DNA of 64,000 nucleotides from a virus (lineage: Duplodnaviria > Caudoviricetes), in IMG/VR virus record IMGVR_UViG_3300012207_000003, positions 163 to 64,162 of that record; one strand, given 5' to 3'. A program made the translations under genes and the position numbers. Shown piece after piece: positions 1-10,467 of the stretch. Numbering within the stretch: position 1 is the first letter of the stretch; each line of letters starts with the position of its first letter. Below the pieces are notes generated by a model. The model was not told where the DNA came from. It was given only the letters and a program-made list of their open reading frames with translations, and did no database searches.

Positions 1-595
1 TCACGTAGATTTTGAAGTCCTGGTTGTTCTTATTCTCAATGAGCAAGATAGCCTTTTGCAAGTCAGTAAAGAACAGGTAGTTATTGGCTTGTATCCTGGC
101 TTTACGTACAACATCAGCTTCAGGAACGGTGATAGCTTGCATTAAATCATCTGTCAGTTTCAAGAAGACTTCCTGTTTGATGCCTTTGATTTCAACCAGA
201 TATTTCTCATTGCCGAACTGAATAATGGCATCAGGCGAAAAGTACAGGTTTTCATCTGGCAAGAAGTGAGTGAGGTCTAATTCAGGAAGTCGATTATCAT
301 CTGACAGAACGACATTGCCAAACATCCTAAACATATACTGCCATTTGCGATGCACTTCCCATCCATGCTCGTAAATGTCTTCTCGTTTCCAATCCCAGGA
401 CTTTAATTCAGGTTTTTGTACCTCATCTGGATACAAGTTCATAAGCACGTAGCGGCGGGTACACCATTCACTTTCTGATTCTAAGAGATTGGCAGCGTGA
501 AGCTCTCTATGCGGCTGTGCATCTCTTCCTTTTTGTAAGTACATCTGCTGAAAGCTGAGTTTGAGAAGTTTAGCTTCTTGTTGGAAGTTATTCAT
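1..595 (-). CDS. Cas4-like PD-(D/E)XK exonuclease (runs off the window edge)
   Basis: Manual translation from ATG at 595: MNNFQQEAK...WCTRRY...GWEVH...FSPDAII...LVEIKG...IQANNYL. Has the PD...ExK and QxxxY motifs. Absent from the ORF track because it has no stop in the window. Confidence 0.75.
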   Translation of the reverse strand, partial: MNNFQQEAKLLKLSFQQMYLQKGRDAQPHRELHAANLLESESEWCTRRYVLMNLYPDEVQKPELKSWDWKREDIYEHGWEVHRKWQYMFRMFGNVVLSDDNRLPELDLTHFLPDENLYFSPDAIIQFGNEKYLVEIKGIKQEVFLKLTDDLMQAITVPEADVVRKARIQANNYLFFTDLQKAILLIENKNNQDFKIYV

Positions 596-863
596 CTTTA
601 CTCATCTCCCTGAAAGCCATAAAAGCACGTTGTTCCCATTCATTAGTATATTCATCCGCTATAGATTGGTGAGTGTGCCAGTGCTCAAGATAGGCGTCCT
701 GGCTATCTTCAAACAAGTTTTGCAATCGTGTTTCAGATGGGCGCATTCTCCATTGATTCCTGTATTGGAGGAGATTATACCAAAGTATCTGACAGTCTTT
801 ACAGCCATAGACAGGCTGTTCATTTTTGAGGATGATAACCTTTTGTGGGTACTGTAGTGGCAT
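588..863 (-). CDS. hypothetical protein with CxxC
   Basis: SD-like GGAAGGG upstream; its end overlaps the exonuclease start. Confidence 0.5.
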   Translation of the reverse strand: MPLQYPQKVIILKNEQPVYGCKDCQILWYNLLQYRNQWRMRPSETRLQNLFEDSQDAYLEHWHTHQSIADEYTNEWEQRAFMAFREMSKDE

Positions 864-888
864 GATAATTTCCCTTCCTATTAGTAAG

Positions 889-917
889 AGAAGCGTCTAA
901 TATAGTTAGACGCTTCT
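889..917. terminator. intergenic hairpin
   Basis: AGAAGCGTCTAA-tatag-TTAGACGCTTCT, 12-bp perfect stem. Confidence 0.5.
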
Positions 918-928
918 CAGGACACTGA

Positions 929-1702
929 TTAAAACTGGGGAATGTCTCTGATTGCGCCATTTGTGGATTTAGGTTGAGCTACTACAGGTTCAGCTCCTAC
1001 TATGCGAGGAGGGCAAGCATCAGAATAGATGCTGAATACTAAGTCACGATCAAGGTACTCGACGGGGATGTCATGGAAAGCGGGGTCAAAGGTGCTTGGA
1101 TCTTTTGGCTCAACTGTATAGACCGTTTCAATACCAACTCCGGCGCGTTCAATCTTGAAATCTCTTTTTGAGATGTCATGCGATTCACTGGCTTGATAGG
1201 TTGTCAAAAGCTTATCAAGAATAGGTGAGGTTTGCGGTTTCATTTCCAGGAGTCGAGGGCCGGATACATCATGCTCTTGCTGTTCCATGTCGGTATAGGT
1301 CACTTTTTTGTTAGACTTGACTTCTACTACTGCATGAAGATAGGCAGGGAGTACAAAGCGTTCAGAGGCACGAGCTTGACGCTTGATCTTCTTTTCCTCT
1401 TTTGTATCCTCTGGTAGCGCCTCTACATCTATACAAGTTTGGCATTCCTGGCCTAAGTCCTTAGCACACTGACTACGGAATAGCCACTTTTTAGAAGTGT
1501 TATCGTAGTATTCATGCTTATGCACACGAACATACGCATTGAGATTTAACAGGGGACGGATAAGGGCTTTTTGTCCATCTGCGATAGAAAAGAAAAACGG
1601 ACGAGCTGTGAAGTCGCCTGTGTTCTCATTCTTCCTGTTCTTTGCCTCTTCTAAGTAAGCCATCGGGTCAACGGTTGGGTCGGTTACTGCCATGTTTAAC
1701 AT
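929..1702 (-). CDS. gp32-like single-stranded DNA-binding protein
   Basis: H...C...CxxC zinc site, 'DISKRDFKIER.G.G.ETVY' motif, acidic/Phe C-terminus (DIPQF), next to the exonuclease. Confidence 0.7.
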   Translation of the reverse strand: MLNMAVTDPTVDPMAYLEEAKNRKNENTGDFTARPFFFSIADGQKALIRPLLNLNAYVRVHKHEYYDNTSKKWLFRSQCAKDLGQECQTCIDVEALPEDTKEEKKIKRQARASERFVLPAYLHAVVEVKSNKKVTYTDMEQQEHDVSGPRLLEMKPQTSPILDKLLTTYQASESHDISKRDFKIERAGVGIETVYTVEPKDPSTFDPAFHDIPVEYLDRDLVFSIYSDACPPRIVGAEPVVAQPKSTNGAIRDIPQF

Positions 1703-1796
1703 TTCTCCTTTTGTTTTTCAACTTTTTTCAATTTCCCATTTACAGGGCGTTTACCTCTCTTTTGCAAGAGGGGCAAATGTCCGGTAACGAGAGGGA

Positions 1797-2018
1797 TTAA
1801 ATAGCAAATTCAAAAGTGCTGACTTCAAAAGAGAAACCAGCTAGAACATTGATATAAACCTTATCTTGTGACTGAGAAGCAAACCATCGTTTGTAATTCT
1901 CTAGTTCACTTGCCATATCTTCGTAACTCACAACCTTTTCAATAAGTCCACCGTCAACCTCTTGACGGATAATTTGTACTGCCTGGCTTGCTGCTAATAA
2001 TGCTTGTCTCTTTGTCAT
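1797..2018 (-). CDS. hypothetical protein
   Basis: Probable start MTKRQ, downstream of the leftward promoter. Confidence 0.45.
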   Translation of the reverse strand: MTKRQALLAASQAVQIIRQEVDGGLIEKVVSYEDMASELENYKRWFASQSQDKVYINVLAGFSFEVSTFEFAI

Positions 2019-2067
2019 TTTTTCAATCCTTTCAATTTTCCATCTGTCAATTTCTCTTGACAAAGGA

Positions 2068-2096
2068 ATAGTAACATAGTACACAATACTTGTCAA
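2068..2096 (-). promoter_or_regulatory. sigma70-type promoter (leftward)
   Basis: TTGACA-N17-TACTAT on the minus strand. Confidence 0.6.
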
Positions 2097-2141
2097 TACT
2101 TTTACATACTAATTTTAACATTATCAAAATATTCGTTACTA

Positions 2142-2170
2142 TTGACAACTTCCTGATACTTTGTTATACT
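2142..2170 (+). promoter_or_regulatory. sigma70-type promoter (rightward, replication operon)
   Basis: TTGACA-N17-TATACT. Confidence 0.75.
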
Positions 2171-2217
2171 GTCTTACAGGGAAAGGAACATGTTCCAAAT
2201 AAACAAAAGAGGAAGAG

Positions 2218-2418
2218 ATGCGAGAACAAGAAGAAATTTACACGGTTGAGGAAGTAGCTGAGAAGCTGAAAGTCACGAAGACGACTGTAAGCAGGCGCAT
2301 TCGTGACGGAAAGTTGAAAGCTTTTAGAACCAATGGCGACACTGGCTCTTACAGGATTCGGGAAGAGGATTTAAGGAACTTCCTCTATGGTGACACTCCT
2401 GAATTGGTGAGTGCATAA
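2218..2418 (+). CDS. excisionase-like HTH (HTH_17) DNA-binding protein
   Basis: YTVEEVAEKLKV..TV.R.IRDGKLKAFR...YRI. Confidence 0.85.
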   Translation: MREQEEIYTVEEVAEKLKVTKTTVSRRIRDGKLKAFRTNGDTGSYRIREEDLRNFLYGDTPELVSA

Positions 2419-2455
2419 GCTCACAAGAAAAACGTATGAAAGGACTTTGTAGGGA

Positions 2456-2953
2456 ATGGAAATAGCACGATTTTTTTCACATATTGCCATACAGGAAAAT
2501 GGTTGTTGGCTCTGGACTGGCAGTACTAGAACTAATGGCGGGGGACAAAAATATGGGAGAACATGGGATAAGGGAAGAGGTATATCTGCTCATAGAAAAT
2601 CTTATCAATTAGCCTTTGGTTCAATCCCCACAGGGTTACACATTCTTCATAAATGTGATACCCCTCTGTGTGTTAATCCACAACATCTTTTTGCTGGCAC
2701 TCCTAAAGACAACATGCAAGATTGCAAAGAAAAAGGAAGACTAGCTGACCCTGGCGGACATTTCTTTGATGGGCATAGAGGCAAGTCAGGAAGTGCTAAT
2801 TCACAAGCTAAGCTCACAGAAGCCCAGGTGAAAGAAATACGCCAATTGTATGCCCAAGGAGTAGGCCAACATGCACTTGCAGCACAATATCACACTACAA
2901 ACACAAACATTTCTTTGATTGTTTTGCGTAGAACGTGGAAAGGAGTTGCATAG
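2456..2953 (+). CDS. HNH homing endonuclease
   Basis: CWLWTG...AHRKSY...ILHKCDTPLCVNPQHL..GT.KDN; C-terminal AKLTE DNA-binding domain. Confidence 0.9.
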   Translation: MEIARFFSHIAIQENGCWLWTGSTRTNGGGQKYGRTWDKGRGISAHRKSYQLAFGSIPTGLHILHKCDTPLCVNPQHLFAGTPKDNMQDCKEKGRLADPGGHFFDGHRGKSGSANSQAKLTEAQVKEIRQLYAQGVGQHALAAQYHTTNTNISLIVLRRTWKGVA

Positions 2954-4596
2954 TGGAAATAGAACTCCGTCCGTATCAAACCGAAAGTATCAATAGAATA
3001 CTAGCTTCTTATGAACAGAATAAGCACAGTTCAGAGCTTTTAGTACTTCCAACAGGCAGTGGAAAAACGGTGATTTTTTCACAAATCATTCACCATCTAT
3101 CAGAAAAATACGGCGTGAATGCGCTTGTGATTGCACATAGAGACGAGATTTTAGATCAATCGGCTGACAAGTATCGTATGGTGAAACCTGATGCAATCAT
3201 AGGCAAAGTTGGAAGTGGAATACATGAGTATGGTGGTGAAGTAACAGTAGCCTCAATTCAAACCATTAGCCGGCCCGAACACTTGAAACGCTTACAATCA
3301 ATCGGATATGGGCTAGTTATCACCGATGAAGCACATCACTCACAAGCTGAAAGCTATCAAAAAGTCTATGAAGTATTGCCAGATGCATTTCATTTATTAG
3401 TTACTGCTAGCCCAGATCGCTTAGATGGAAAGCCCCTGCTTGATGGCAAGAAACCACTTTACGAGGCAAGCATTATTGACCTGGCTACACACGAACCGGC
3501 GTATTTATGTGACATGCGGGCTATCCCCATTCAAACCAATCTTAGTCTTGATGGAATACATACACAAGCTGGAGATTTCAAGATTGACGAATTGGAAGCG
3601 GCTGTTGATACCGCCGAGCGCAACCAGCTTATTGTGCAGAAATATCAACAGTATGCATCAGGTAGGAGAGCGGCGTGTTTTGCGGTCACAGTTGAACATG
3701 CAGAGCACATCACAGAAGCATTTAACGATGCTGGCATAGCTTCCGGCGTGGTAGTTGGTACTACTCCACTACCTGAACGCAAGAAACTCTACAAGGCATT
3801 TAGAGATGGTTCAGTGAGGGTACTTACTACCGTCAACGTGTTGAGTGAGGGTTGGGATGAACCACTCTGTGATTGCATTATTATGGCACGTCCGACACAG
3901 TCACGTGCTCTTTTCGTGCAAGCGATTGGAAGAGGGTTACGGCTAGCTCCTGGCAAACAAGATTGCATCATCCTTGACATTACTGATAACTGCCTCAAGC
4001 ACAGATTAGAACCGCAAAACTTGCGTAAGATCCTCGGAAAGCATCTCAACGATGAAGAAAGCTTGTTAGAAGCACTCGCAAGAGAAAAGTCAGAAGTAAC
4101 GGTAAGTGTCCATCAGGAACGCAAGCTTAAAGAGCAGAGAAACAAAGATATTGAACTGAACTTGCTTGTCAAGCTTGACTGGCTACAAGAGCGGAACGGT
4201 ATGTTTGTGCTAACAGTTGGAAGCGCAAAACACCGTATAGCGTTAGTGCCAGATGCATATGGAGAGATGTACTCCGTTTGGGCCAGGCTCTCCCCATTTT
4301 ATGAGCCTCAATTATGGCTAGAAAACGCTCCGTTGGATTGGTGTCAGTCGTTCGCAGAGAAACGCGCTAGATTGCTTTTGAGTGATGCAAAGAATGCAGT
4401 GCTTATTGACAGAAATGCTTCCTGGCGTTCACTCCCCGCTAAGGATACACAACTTGAACGATTAGAACGTTGGGCGCATCGCTTCAATTGGTCATACAAT
4501 CCTCAGACTATCACGCGTGGGGAAGCTTCAGATTTGATTGATTATGCGCTAGGGCAATTTGAGCAGTGGAGAAATAGAAAGCAGAAAGTATCATGA
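2953..4596 (+). CDS. DEAD/DEAH superfamily 2 helicase
   Basis: LRPYQ, PTGSGKT, DEAHH, TASP, EGWD, QAIGRGLR. Confidence 0.92.
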   Translation: MEIELRPYQTESINRILASYEQNKHSSELLVLPTGSGKTVIFSQIIHHLSEKYGVNALVIAHRDEILDQSADKYRMVKPDAIIGKVGSGIHEYGGEVTVASIQTISRPEHLKRLQSIGYGLVITDEAHHSQAESYQKVYEVLPDAFHLLVTASPDRLDGKPLLDGKKPLYEASIIDLATHEPAYLCDMRAIPIQTNLSLDGIHTQAGDFKIDELEAAVDTAERNQLIVQKYQQYASGRRAACFAVTVEHAEHITEAFNDAGIASGVVVGTTPLPERKKLYKAFRDGSVRVLTTVNVLSEGWDEPLCDCIIMARPTQSRALFVQAIGRGLRLAPGKQDCIILDITDNCLKHRLEPQNLRKILGKHLNDEESLLEALAREKSEVTVSVHQERKLKEQRNKDIELNLLVKLDWLQERNGMFVLTVGSAKHRIALVPDAYGEMYSVWARLSPFYEPQLWLENAPLDWCQSFAEKRARLLLSDAKNAVLIDRNASWRSLPAKDTQLERLERWAHRFNWSYNPQTITRGEASDLIDYALGQFEQWRNRKQKVS

Positions 4597-4919
4597 ACGA
4601 ACAAATACCCTTTTATAACATCGAAACCTCCAAATTGGTTATCGAATTGAAACCAAGAATAAGACACGATTATGAACCCCTGCACTGTGCTCATGTTGCT
4701 TTAGATAAGCATGGAGAGCCAAGAGCCTGTAGAGTTGATGGTTTTGAAGATCACTATGAATGTGCAATTTGCGGAGCGCTCTACTGCAATCAACATATCT
4801 CAGAACACACTCTGAATGTCGCACAAGGCAATGATTTAGCAATTTGCCTTGCTTGCTCAAAACTCAACAAAGATACAAGAATGGCTATTCGAGCGTTCAG
4901 ATTGGAAATAAACCGATGA
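4593..4919 (+). CDS. hypothetical zinc-binding protein
   Basis: CxxC..CxxH..CxxC; ATGA coupling at both ends. Confidence 0.55.
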   Translation: MNEQIPFYNIETSKLVIELKPRIRHDYEPLHCAHVALDKHGEPRACRVDGFEDHYECAICGALYCNQHISEHTLNVAQGNDLAICLACSKLNKDTRMAIRAFRLEINR

Positions 4920-6304
4920 GAGATTATCAAGACTTCTTAAAAGAAAAAAAGGTCATAGCTCAAACATCAGGCATTGATGTATCGCTTGACCAAATACACC
5001 CCCTGCTTTTTCCTTTTCAGAGGACGCTTGTGCAATGGGCTTTGAGGAAAGGACGGGCGGCATTATTCGAGGATTGCGGATTAGGAAAGACATTGCAGCA
5101 ATTGGAATGGGCCAGATTAACAGGGCAAAAAACGTTGATCTTAGCTCCGTTAGCTGTAGCACAACAAACCGTAGCAGAGGGCTTGAAGATAGGCGTTGAA
5201 GTCCATTATACCCGCTCTGGTTCTAATACTATTCCAGGTATCAACATCACGAATTATGAGATGTTAGAACACTTCAACCCAGAGGACTTTGGAGCGGTTG
5301 TGCTAGATGAAAGCTCTATCCTGAAATCGTACATGGGCAAAACTAAGATAGCTTTAGTCAATGCTTTTAAGAGAACGCCTTTTCGGTTGTGCTGTACAGC
5401 GACGCCAGCTCCTAATGATGTGATGGAGATAGGAAACCATAGCGAATTTCTAGGCATTATGCCTAGCAACGAAATGTTAATGCGGTGGTTTATCAACGAT
5501 ACCATGCAAAATGGTCACTACAGGTTGAAAGGACACGCCACTAAGGATTTTTGGGACTGGGTAGCATCATGGGCTATTAGCCTACAAAAACCGTCTGATA
5601 TCGGCTTTAGTGATTCCGGTTTCGTGTTGCCAGAACTGAGAATACAACATCATTCAGTTGAAGTTGATACATCTGTAGGGCAAAATGAGGGGGAATTGTT
5701 CAGGATGCCTACTATGAGCGCGACGACGCTACATAAAGAGATGCGCTTGACGGTAGGGGATAGAGCGGCGTGTGTTGCTGAGATGGTCAACAATTCAAGC
5801 GAGATATGGGCTGTTTGGTGCAATACAAATTATGAAGCGGATGCACTGAAAAGGCTCATTCCTGATGCTATTGAGGTACGTGGCTCCAATACGATTGCAG
5901 AAAAAGAACGTGCTTTGATGGACTTTTCCTCTGGAAAAACAAGAGTCATTATCTGTAAAAGTGTGATGTTTGGATTTGGGCTAAATTGGCAGCATTGCCA
6001 TAATACTGCTTTCATAGGACTTTCTTACAGTTTCGAGGCATTTTATCAGGCAGTGAGACGCTTATATAGGTTTGGACAAGATAAGCCTGTACAGTGTCAT
6101 ATCATAGCCGCTGAAACGGAAGGTGCTATGGTTGCAACGCTTGAGAGGAAGATACACGCGCATATGCAGATGTCAGAACAGATGAATGCCAGTGTAGCCA
6201 AATTAAGACTACAAGAAAATTTAAACCTTACTCAGTACAATCCGCAAATACCGATGATTGTACCTGAGTGGCTACACTCAGAAGACGAAACAAAATCAGC
6301 ATGA
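4916..6304 (+). CDS. SNF2-like helicase
   Basis: FEDCGLGKT, VLDESS, TATPAPN, FGLNWQ, QAVRRLYRFGQ. Confidence 0.88.
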   Translation: MRDYQDFLKEKKVIAQTSGIDVSLDQIHPLLFPFQRTLVQWALRKGRAALFEDCGLGKTLQQLEWARLTGQKTLILAPLAVAQQTVAEGLKIGVEVHYTRSGSNTIPGINITNYEMLEHFNPEDFGAVVLDESSILKSYMGKTKIALVNAFKRTPFRLCCTATPAPNDVMEIGNHSEFLGIMPSNEMLMRWFINDTMQNGHYRLKGHATKDFWDWVASWAISLQKPSDIGFSDSGFVLPELRIQHHSVEVDTSVGQNEGELFRMPTMSATTLHKEMRLTVGDRAACVAEMVNNSSEIWAVWCNTNYEADALKRLIPDAIEVRGSNTIAEKERALMDFSSGKTRVIICKSVMFGFGLNWQHCHNTAFIGLSYSFEAFYQAVRRLYRFGQDKPVQCHIIAAETEGAMVATLERKIHAHMQMSEQMNASVAKLRLQENLNLTQYNPQIPMIVPEWLHSEDETKSA

Positions 6305-7308
6305 ACATACTCAACCAGGCAATCGAACAAGATTATGCGCTCTATCATGGCGACTGCGTTGAAGTGATAAAAGGTATTCCAGATAATTCTATTCATTTCA
6401 ATTTGTTTAGTCCGCCTTTTGGAAATTTATACATCTATTCTGATTCAGCTAACGATGTGGGGAATAGCGTCAACGATGATGAATTCTTTGCTCACTTTGA
6501 CTTCTTAATACCTGAGTTACTAAGAGTAACAATTCCTGGCCGCTTGTGTGCGATTCATTGCAAACAGCTTGTCAACTATAAAGGACGTGATGGAGCGGCG
6601 GGCTTGCGAGATTTCAGAGGCGAGATTATCAGGCATTTTAGTGATGCAGGCTGGCAGTATCACAGTGAAGTATGCATTTGGAAGGACCCAGTGATAGAGA
6701 TGCAACGCACAAAAGCCCATGGCTTGCTCTATAAGCAATTGAGAGCGGATTCTAGCTTCTCACGTCAAGGCTTGCCTGAATACTTGATTATATTCAGGAA
6801 ATGGCCACAATCGGAAGCTGAAGAGCTTCTAGTAGAACCTGTGACACATACCAAAGAGAACTTCCTCTTGGACACATGGCAGCGTTACGCTAGTCCGGTT
6901 TGGTTTGATATCAGGCAAACCTATGTGCTCAATATTGAGCAGGCCAGGGAAAGCCAAGATGAAAAACATATCTGTCCTCTGCAGCTAGATGTGATTGAAC
7001 GAGCTTTAGACCTATGGACTAATCCAGGAGATACGGTACTAGACCCTTTTATGGGTATTGGTAGCACTGGCTTTATAGCGTTGAAGATGAACCGTAAAGC
7101 AGTAGGAATCGAGCTAAAAGAATCGTACTACTTGGTAGCAAAAAAGAACCTGGAAAAGGCGACACTGGCAAAAAATCAGATCACGCTGTTTGATGGACTG
7201 TTTGAGGAAGAAACGGGCGAAAACGCAACGTTGCCAACAATTGACCATGAGAATAGCACTATACTGCCTCCGTTGAACGGGAATAAAGCCTTTAGCTTGT
7301 TCAAGTAG
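6301..7308 (+). CDS. DNA methyltransferase (N4-C/N6-A, beta class)
   Basis: FSPPF catalytic motif precedes the DPFMGIGST SAM-binding motif. Confidence 0.9.
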   Translation: MNILNQAIEQDYALYHGDCVEVIKGIPDNSIHFNLFSPPFGNLYIYSDSANDVGNSVNDDEFFAHFDFLIPELLRVTIPGRLCAIHCKQLVNYKGRDGAAGLRDFRGEIIRHFSDAGWQYHSEVCIWKDPVIEMQRTKAHGLLYKQLRADSSFSRQGLPEYLIIFRKWPQSEAEELLVEPVTHTKENFLLDTWQRYASPVWFDIRQTYVLNIEQARESQDEKHICPLQLDVIERALDLWTNPGDTVLDPFMGIGSTGFIALKMNRKAVGIELKESYYLVAKKNLEKATLAKNQITLFDGLFEEETGENATLPTIDHENSTILPPLNGNKAFSLFK

Positions 7309-7324
7309 TGTTTGTTTCTCTATG

Positions 7325-7362
7325 TCATGAACACTTTACTGACAGTAGTAAAGTGTTCATGA
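7325..7362. terminator. 16-bp perfect hairpin after the methyltransferase
   Basis: TCATGAACACTTTACT-gacagt-AGTAAAGTGTTCATGA. Confidence 0.5.
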
Positions 7363-7519
7363 AACCAGATAGTAAGCTAGTTCAAGCTATTGGAAGAGTA
7401 ACATGTAAGACATAGAGAAACCTCAACTTTATTTGTCCTTTTATTCTGTATGCTTAGAAGTACATCTTCATTTTTAATCATCCATTCAAACACATAAGGG
7501 AAGTCGAAAGAGGGGAAAC

Positions 7520-8011
7520 ATGAACACAAAAGTCGCAGATCACATTAAAATCAGTACCAAACCACTTGAAATTATACCTATGCCTGCTAAACTCTTACCT
7601 TTTTTTAGTGGCAAAATGCCTTTACCTCCCAGTGTAGATAATGCCTATAAGATAATCACGATACGCACAAAAAACGGGACTGTCAATACATTAGGCCCGT
7701 CCCCTGCTTTGGAACAGTTTAAGATTGGCGCGGCCTGGATGCTGACACAAGCACATGCCGATTGGTCTGTGATTGACGCTATTCGAGAAAATAAAGTCAG
7801 AAGTAAAAAAGTGCCTTTAGCGGTTTACATGCAAGTCTATTTTGCTACGGAATGGAAGAGGGATTTAGACGGGGTATTTAAATTTGCCATCGATGCAGCT
7901 TTTCAGAAAATGCAATTAAACGATAATCTCGTGGTATCTATCGAAGCTGAGAAGCTGGTTGATGCCAGCGATCCGCGTGTTGAGATTGAAGTTAGATGCG
8001 TTGTGCGCTAA
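7520..8011 (+). CDS. rusA: RusA-like Holliday junction resolvase
   Basis: PPSVDN...RDLDG..K...DA.....NDNLV...PRVEIEV. Confidence 0.8.
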   Translation: MNTKVADHIKISTKPLEIIPMPAKLLPFFSGKMPLPPSVDNAYKIITIRTKNGTVNTLGPSPALEQFKIGAAWMLTQAHADWSVIDAIRENKVRSKKVPLAVYMQVYFATEWKRDLDGVFKFAIDAAFQKMQLNDNLVVSIEAEKLVDASDPRVEIEVRCVVR

Positions 8012-8034
8012 TTGAGCAAGGCGGGGGTATTAAT

Positions 8035-8460
8035 ATGTACGCACTAAGTATTCAACAGCCTTGGACATGGCTTATTGCCAATGGTCACAAAGATATTGAA
8101 AATCGAGATTGGACAACAAATTACAGGGGATTAATTCTTTTACATGCAGGGAAAAAGCTAGATGTAAATGCCTTTGATGGCAATGCTTTATTTATGCCGT
8201 ATTGGTATCAGAATTGCAACAAACCTGAGACTGTCTATGCTATGCCAAAGAACAAAGAGGATTATAAAACAGGCGGTATTGTTGGCATTGCTGAATTAGT
8301 AGATGTGGTCACTGAAAGTACAAGTCCCTGGTTTCATGGCCATTACGGATTTGTCTTGAGAAACGCTAATCCGCTTCCTTTTGTTTCCTTACGAGGAAAA
8401 CTTGGATTATTTGTTATGCCAGACGAATTGATAAGGCAGTGTGTATCATGGTCATTGTAG
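8035..8460 (+). CDS. ASCH domain protein
   Basis: ALSIQQPW.WLI..GHKDIENRDW.T.YRG.ILLHA...GKLGLF. Confidence 0.88.
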   Translation: MYALSIQQPWTWLIANGHKDIENRDWTTNYRGLILLHAGKKLDVNAFDGNALFMPYWYQNCNKPETVYAMPKNKEDYKTGGIVGIAELVDVVTESTSPWFHGHYGFVLRNANPLPFVSLRGKLGLFVMPDELIRQCVSWSL

Positions 8461-10133
8461 CGCAACCTCTCACAACACAAAAAGAGAATGAAAATACTAA
8501 GTGGTATCTTGATTTGCTGCAAGATGGATTCACAATAGAGCGGCCAGATTGCGGTAGATGGCTCCCTTTAGTCGAGCAATTAGAGGATGCTTGCGAGTCT
8601 GCTAATGGCAATCGGGCTTTTGTGTATCAGGCAATGGTCAATAGCCTTGTAGCTTCTCAAAAGTACCCTGGCTTGAAAGAGATGTTAGAGGGGAAAGAAA
8701 TAGGACAGGCAAAAGGGAAAGAACAAGAAATTGACAACTTTTCCCTTGTGTCAATTCCGGCTTTGCCTGATACCGCAATCTTACCACAAAGCCTCTCAGT
8801 AGGTGCTTGCGAATGGCTTGACAAATATATTGAATACAGCAAATTAAGGTCGCCAGAAGGGTTTGAGGACTTTCATGAAGCATGTGGTTTGTGGGTACTG
8901 AGTACGATAGCAGGAAGAAGAATCAAGATACCTTTAAATGAGCAATATACACCACTTATGATAATACTTGTAGCTCGTTCAGGGGCATATGCGAAAACGA
9001 CTACAGCCAATAAAGCTGTTGATATGTTGCAAGCATCGGGGTTACGATGGTTGTTAGGCAATGATAGAACTACTCCACAAAAGTTACTTACAGATATGGT
9101 TGGAGAACCTCCTAAACACTACGATGATTTAGATGCTGATAAACAATTCCAACTCAATAAAAGATTGGCTATGCCTGCCCAACGTGGCTGGAGATATGGT
9201 GAGTTTGGAGAACTGGTAAAAGCCTTGGGTAGAGGCGGCGGGATTATGGATGATTTGAAAGGCTTGTTACTCCAATTAGATGATTGCCTTGATAGCTATA
9301 CCTATGGGACACAGAGCAGGGGTGATGAGAGAATTGAGAAACCGTATCTAGCCTTATTAGGCGATACGACCCCTGCCAGTATCCGCTCTTGCTCTAAGTC
9401 CGGTAGTGATTTTTGGACTGATGGATTTTGGAGTAGGTTTATTTTTGTGACACCGCCGGAGGGAACTGGCAAAGACGATCCGTTTGATTTAGGCTCTTTC
9501 CCAGTTCCTTTTGATCTTTCACGACCTCTCAGAGATTGGCATGAAAGACTTGGAATACCAACCATAGCGATTGAAGTGAAGAGGGATGAAAAGAATAAGG
9601 TTACTGGCTTGAATTGTGTCCGCGGGGAATTGCCAGAAACAACCATCAAGCTAGACCAGGAAGTCTATCAGGCATGGATTAGGTATAGAAGTGCCTTAAA
9701 GAAGATCATGGGGGAATTGCAGACAGAGGACTTTGACGGGTCGTATATCCGATTAATGATTAAGGCTGTTCGGGTTGCTGCATTGTTTGCAAGCCTGGAT
9801 GGAAGTGAAACTATTCAAATCAAGCATTGGGCTAGAGCACAAGAAATAGCGGAGAGATGGCGGACTTCACTACATCAGCTTTATTACCAAGTCAATCATA
9901 AAGCACACGAACCTACCAAAGAAAAGAGAATTGAAGATGAAGTGCTTAGGATTATTCAGAAGTTCAAAGAGCAGAATAAGCCAGCTCCAACTATTCGCCA
10001 GTTCACGCAATATCTCAAAAATATTGATAGTGGCAAGTTGAAGATGGTTGTTTCAGATATGTGTAGAAGTGAGATTTTACAAGAAACAAAAGATGGAAAA
10101 GCAAAACGATATAGTTTGATGGAAGAAGAGTGA
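8448..10133 (+). CDS. DUF3987-like replication ATPase/helicase
   Basis: Degenerate P-loop ARSGAYAKTT, GEFG, LLGDTTP, DGFWSRF; upstream of the primase. Confidence 0.65.
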   Translation: MVIVAQPLTTQKENENTKWYLDLLQDGFTIERPDCGRWLPLVEQLEDACESANGNRAFVYQAMVNSLVASQKYPGLKEMLEGKEIGQAKGKEQEIDNFSLVSIPALPDTAILPQSLSVGACEWLDKYIEYSKLRSPEGFEDFHEACGLWVLSTIAGRRIKIPLNEQYTPLMIILVARSGAYAKTTTANKAVDMLQASGLRWLLGNDRTTPQKLLTDMVGEPPKHYDDLDADKQFQLNKRLAMPAQRGWRYGEFGELVKALGRGGGIMDDLKGLLLQLDDCLDSYTYGTQSRGDERIEKPYLALLGDTTPASIRSCSKSGSDFWTDGFWSRFIFVTPPEGTGKDDPFDLGSFPVPFDLSRPLRDWHERLGIPTIAIEVKRDEKNKVTGLNCVRGELPETTIKLDQEVYQAWIRYRSALKKIMGELQTEDFDGSYIRLMIKAVRVAALFASLDGSETIQIKHWARAQEIAERWRTSLHQLYYQVNHKAHEPTKEKRIEDEVLRIIQKFKEQNKPAPTIRQFTQYLKNIDSGKLKMVVSDMCRSEILQETKDGKAKRYSLMEEE

Positions 10134-10137
10134 ATAA

Positions 10138-10467
10138 ATGTATTGTAGAAATTGTGGGATAGAAGACAAAACAAAAGCATTCTGGGAACCTGATTTATGC
10201 CTGGCGTGTCACCATTTACTGATTGTGATGACACGGTATAACTATCTAACAGGAACACTTATGCCAAGGCAAACAGTAACAACGCTGGTACAAGAACAAG
10301 ATGAACCACTTCAACTATTGACGTTCGATGAAGCGTGTTTGTATCTGAAAGTCAGTCGATCAACCGTATACAGACTCTTGAAAGATGGAAGTTTGAAAGG
10401 CTATAAAGTCGGCGATGGATCGCATTGGAGATTTACCAGGGAACAGTTGAAAGGATGTTTGAAATGA
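10138..10467 (+). CDS. zinc ribbon plus HTH_17 protein
   Basis: CRNC..CLAC; LLTFDEACLYLKVSRSTVYRLL..G.L.GYKVG...WRF. Confidence 0.75.
   Translation: MYCRNCGIEDKTKAFWEPDLCLACHHLLIVMTRYNYLTGTLMPRQTVTTLVQEQDEPLQLLTFDEACLYLKVSRSTVYRLLKDGSLKGYKVGDGSHWRFTREQLKGCLK

Noticed and set aside
1-595. Cas4-like gene as part of a CRISPR-Cas system
   Set aside because: No cas genes or repeat-spacer array; its position next to the SSB indicates a phage recombination exonuclease.
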